53,723 nt of DNA from Phoronis australis (Eukaryota; Animalia; Phoronida): assembly GCA_002633005.1 (NCBI GenBank), contig NMRA01000553.1:228586-282308 (forward strand). Reading direction: 5' to 3'. Below, in pieces: positions 50,676-53,723 of this stretch; position 1 is the stretch's first letter, and each line of letters opens with the position of its first letter. The position numbers and the translations under genes were made by a program. The notes under the pieces were generated by a model, which saw only the letters and a program-made list of their open reading frames with translations, ran no database searches and was not told where the DNA came from.

Positions 50676-50677
50676 GA

Positions 50678-50757
50678 CGCCCCTCGGGCGATAATTCTCC
50701 AAAATCCACTCGGGCTCTAGATAACGGGGGATAACGACTTCGCCATGTAATAATCTA
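50678..50757. mobile_element. Right arm of the same palindromic element family as 46031-46137, abutting the truncated integrase
   Basis: cgcccctcgggcgataattctccaaaatccactcgggctctagataacgggggataacgac...catgtaataatcta. Confidence 0.7.
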
Positions 50758-52202
50758 TATTTATTTATACCTTATATGCATTTATGGTTATTTATTTATT
50801 TTTATTTATTTATTATTTTTTCATTATTCGCTATTACTTACTTAAATTATTTTTTATGATCCCATACATTCAACATCCTGGCTGTCGTTGGTTAATAATC
50901 TATATTGCACAATAGGAATGAACACCGCAAAAAACATATTGTTTGAGGTGCTGCTCCTGTTTACAAATCATAACTAGCACGGTTTATTTTGTATGCGCAG
51001 TTTGAGCTCACTTAGGCCTATGTGATTATAATTTGGACACAATTGCAGCATTTTTCTGCATCCAAAATGTTTTCCTTGTCTGTCAATTATTTTTCAAAGC
51101 GGCTTGACAGATTTTGGTGAAACTTCATAGTACTAAACGTGGCTGATATCCGCCGGGTACCACTTGATTTTTGAATGAATTTAAGTGCTGTGCTATCCCG
51201 TTTTCAACAAAATAGTACTTGTCCACAATTTTTGTCAAAACGGCTTAACAGTGTTTACCGAAACATGACACATTGTAGATAGATATATAGCGGTGATGCA
51301 TCGCTTTTTGTGCAATTTTGATTGCAGTTCGAAGTGCGTATTTTTTCTATTATGGTATAGTGCATAATAAATACTAAATGTATAGTCTGGTGACCTGCTT
51401 GATTAATTTGCCATAGACAGTGTTGAAGGAAAAGTTCTTTTAAAGGCATATTGAGCTCTACGTCCGTGGGCACTTCGGCCAAAGTTTTGTATTACCTTGA
51501 AAAACCCCGTTACCCTCAGTGACGATGTCGTTTGTTTAGATTTTTGTTTTGACACAGATCTTGAAACATCAAGTCAGGAAATAAGGTGTCTTTATGTTAC
51601 TTTATTTGAAATTTGCCATTTTTGCCTGTCGACGGAGGCTGAATATGCCTTTAACTAACTACTGATAGTTGATTAAATAAGATGTGAATGGACGAGTGCT
51701 GTAAAAACTACCCTAAATGGACTGTGTATTCAGTAGACATCTTGGCTGTTTTATGAGGACATACAAGGCAGGTTTACTGGGCTGTTGGTCAGTTTTCAAC
51801 CCCTAGCTACCGCCCTGTTGCTCCCAGTTTCATTCACCACAACCCACCCCAAAACGCTACCCGTTTCAGATACCATCAGGTATGGATGGTGGGGGTCCAG
51901 TGTCCGGTTCCATGAAAAAGTCTCAAATAGCGACTCCACTATGTTCCCTAAATCTGCTGCGTCATTTGTGAGTTTTATACGTTGAATTCTCAATATTAAT
52001 TAATGCAACGCCTCTAATTTAAGGACTAAGTCCCTAAATATTTCGACTGGATTAAGGGCTCACTCAATTTTTAATTACATTTTTAGAAAACGTCAGCATA
52101 AGTCAATAGAAAAGCTCGTAATGAAGACAAAACGAAAAATATAGCAACTATGAGTAAAGAAGGAACCAAATACGTAAAAGATTTAAGCAACGCAGTTGAG
52201 CA

Positions 52203-52358
52203 CAGACAGATCCAAGGGACTCAAAGGTGTCCGGACCCCCATTTTCCCTTGTTTTTAGTGATATCAAATCTAGAATTTTCAGTTAACTTAGATCCCCCTC
52301 CAGTCTTAAAAAATCTTCGATCCGACCCCCCCCCCTTTAAAAATCTAGGATCTGCCCT
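52203..52358. mobile_element. Short MITE-like element (CAGATCC...GGATCTGCCCT ends, internal GACCCCCC motifs)
   Basis: Imperfect TIRs cagacagatccaag / ctaggatctgccct. Confidence 0.5.
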
Positions 52359-53723
52359 TATTAAGTCGCGGCTATTTGGGAGTGTTTCATGTAACCTCCC
52401 TGCTTGAATGTAAAATGTCGTAACGTGTGAATTTTCGACACAAGCATCTGGACCTTGTTTGGATGGCGTAAGAGGGCAGTTTAGTGGACATTAACGTAGG
52501 AAACACTTGATGGTTGGGCGGAGGAGAGTATTAATTTTTCAATTTTATTTCAAAACAAAATTTTGTGTGTTGAAATTTTTGATAATTAGTTGTTAATTAA
52601 TTGATATTAACACCTGGAATGTTTGGGGGGGGGCAAAAAGTTGTCTCCGCCCCCAACAAGTTTTTGGTTGACCGACAGGTGCCCCACTTCCCGTTTTTGC
52701 TCCTACCTCTTCTTCAGCAGATCTGTCTTATGTTTGTTACTTCCCTGACCACCCTGGACAGCATCGTACAGGTTTTGTACCTTCACACCCTCCAATCACC
52801 TACTTCATGCTCACCTCTGATTATTGAGTCACCCTCTTGCTTATGATGTTGGCTGCTATTTCTTGAATGATTAATATTACCTTCGTTGCCCAATTCTTTT
52901 CTTGATTTTCTCTATATTTTGCCTACATGTGTGTGTATTTTTAATTATGCTGCTCCTATTTTTGTTCTCAATATTTTAAACAAAGAGACTTCACGATTTT
53001 GAATTTGACAAACTAAAATTGGCCATGGCACCAGATGGCACTAAGTCGTCGCCCGGCCTCGCGTACTTCGTCGGTCGGCTCACACAATCACTAGGTGTCG
53101 TCTCTGCTTTTACTACAAAACTATAACATCGCCATCTGTTGGTTGCCTTGCTTGGTGATGTTTACTTCCGGCGGAATGTTGGTGTCATCGCAACTGCAAC
53201 TGTTCAACCTTTAAAAGCAAAATTTGACATCTAAGGGTGAGGCTACTGTTATTCATTTGGAAGCCATGTTCTAATTTGTTTACAAAGCAGTTAATGGCAT
53301 GACAACTTGGCTTACCATGCCGAATTTAGACAACTTGACGCGGTTGCGCAATCGCCGCCTGCGAGGCACCCAGCCTCCCGTTCAGTAGCGCTAAGTCTAG
53401 GACCTCGCTAAAAAGCAAGACTTCGAGAGATTACGTGAGACTTTGCCATGTGTTTTGAAAGAGAACACGTGATATTGACTAGATTTTAGGTATGTTCTAA
53501 GTGTTCCTGAACGCACGCCAGTAGTCACGTTAGTGCAGACCGCCTGTGGTGCAGACCAGTGCGGGAATGTAATCTGCTGCCAAAAGGAGAAACCACAGTG
53601 TGGGACCTGTTTTAACTCTGCTGTCATTTTGTTAGCATATGGTTCATACTACTAGATTTCTTGATTGTTCCCCCTTTGCCTCCCATCTCCTTCCTAGACT
53701 GGGCCCCTCTTCCCTACCCCGGC

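Noticed and set aside
51796-51993. 65-aa minus ORF with protein-like composition
   Set aside because: No recognisable domain, paralog or convincing splice sites.
53028-53180. Convergent CTCF-like motifs (gcaccagatggcac; ccaacagatggcga on minus) and ETS-like cttccgg
   Set aside because: Short motif matches without functional data; they may belong to a repeat.

Overview
AT-rich, intron-containing eukaryotic DNA. ShK, mucin-like and transposon content suggest an invertebrate animal, but the species cannot be determined. The window is largely tandem segmental duplication on the minus strand. There are three copies (X1 ~1-5.9 kb, X2 ~10-19.3 kb, X3 from ~48 kb leftwards) of a putative single-pass membrane gene: Cys-rich first exon, S/T/P-rich heptad-repeat exon (X1, X2), short linker exon(s), and a TM/cytoplasmic last exon. 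Between the X3 5' exons and a paralogous TM exon at 20.3 kb lie two tandem six-exon cassettes (A ~25.0-29.7 kb, B ~32.2-40.4 kb). Each encodes an HEXXH...Y-x6-EYFAE zinc metallopeptidase (anthrax lethal factor/PPEP-like motif), a Gly linker and an ShK domain. Two SEA-like exons follow cassette A. All module junctions are phase 1, so these exons may form one mosaic gene, partly decayed. Transposons: an L1/Tx1 3' fragment, a CR1/L2 RT fragment, several MITEs, a long-TIR Academ-like element, and a Gypsy pol with Gmr1-type INT-RT-RH order. Paralog comparison shows the abundant TACATGTA palindromes arose as 6-bp CATGTA insertions at TA sites, consistent with transposon excision footprints. All exon models and alignments were made by eye.
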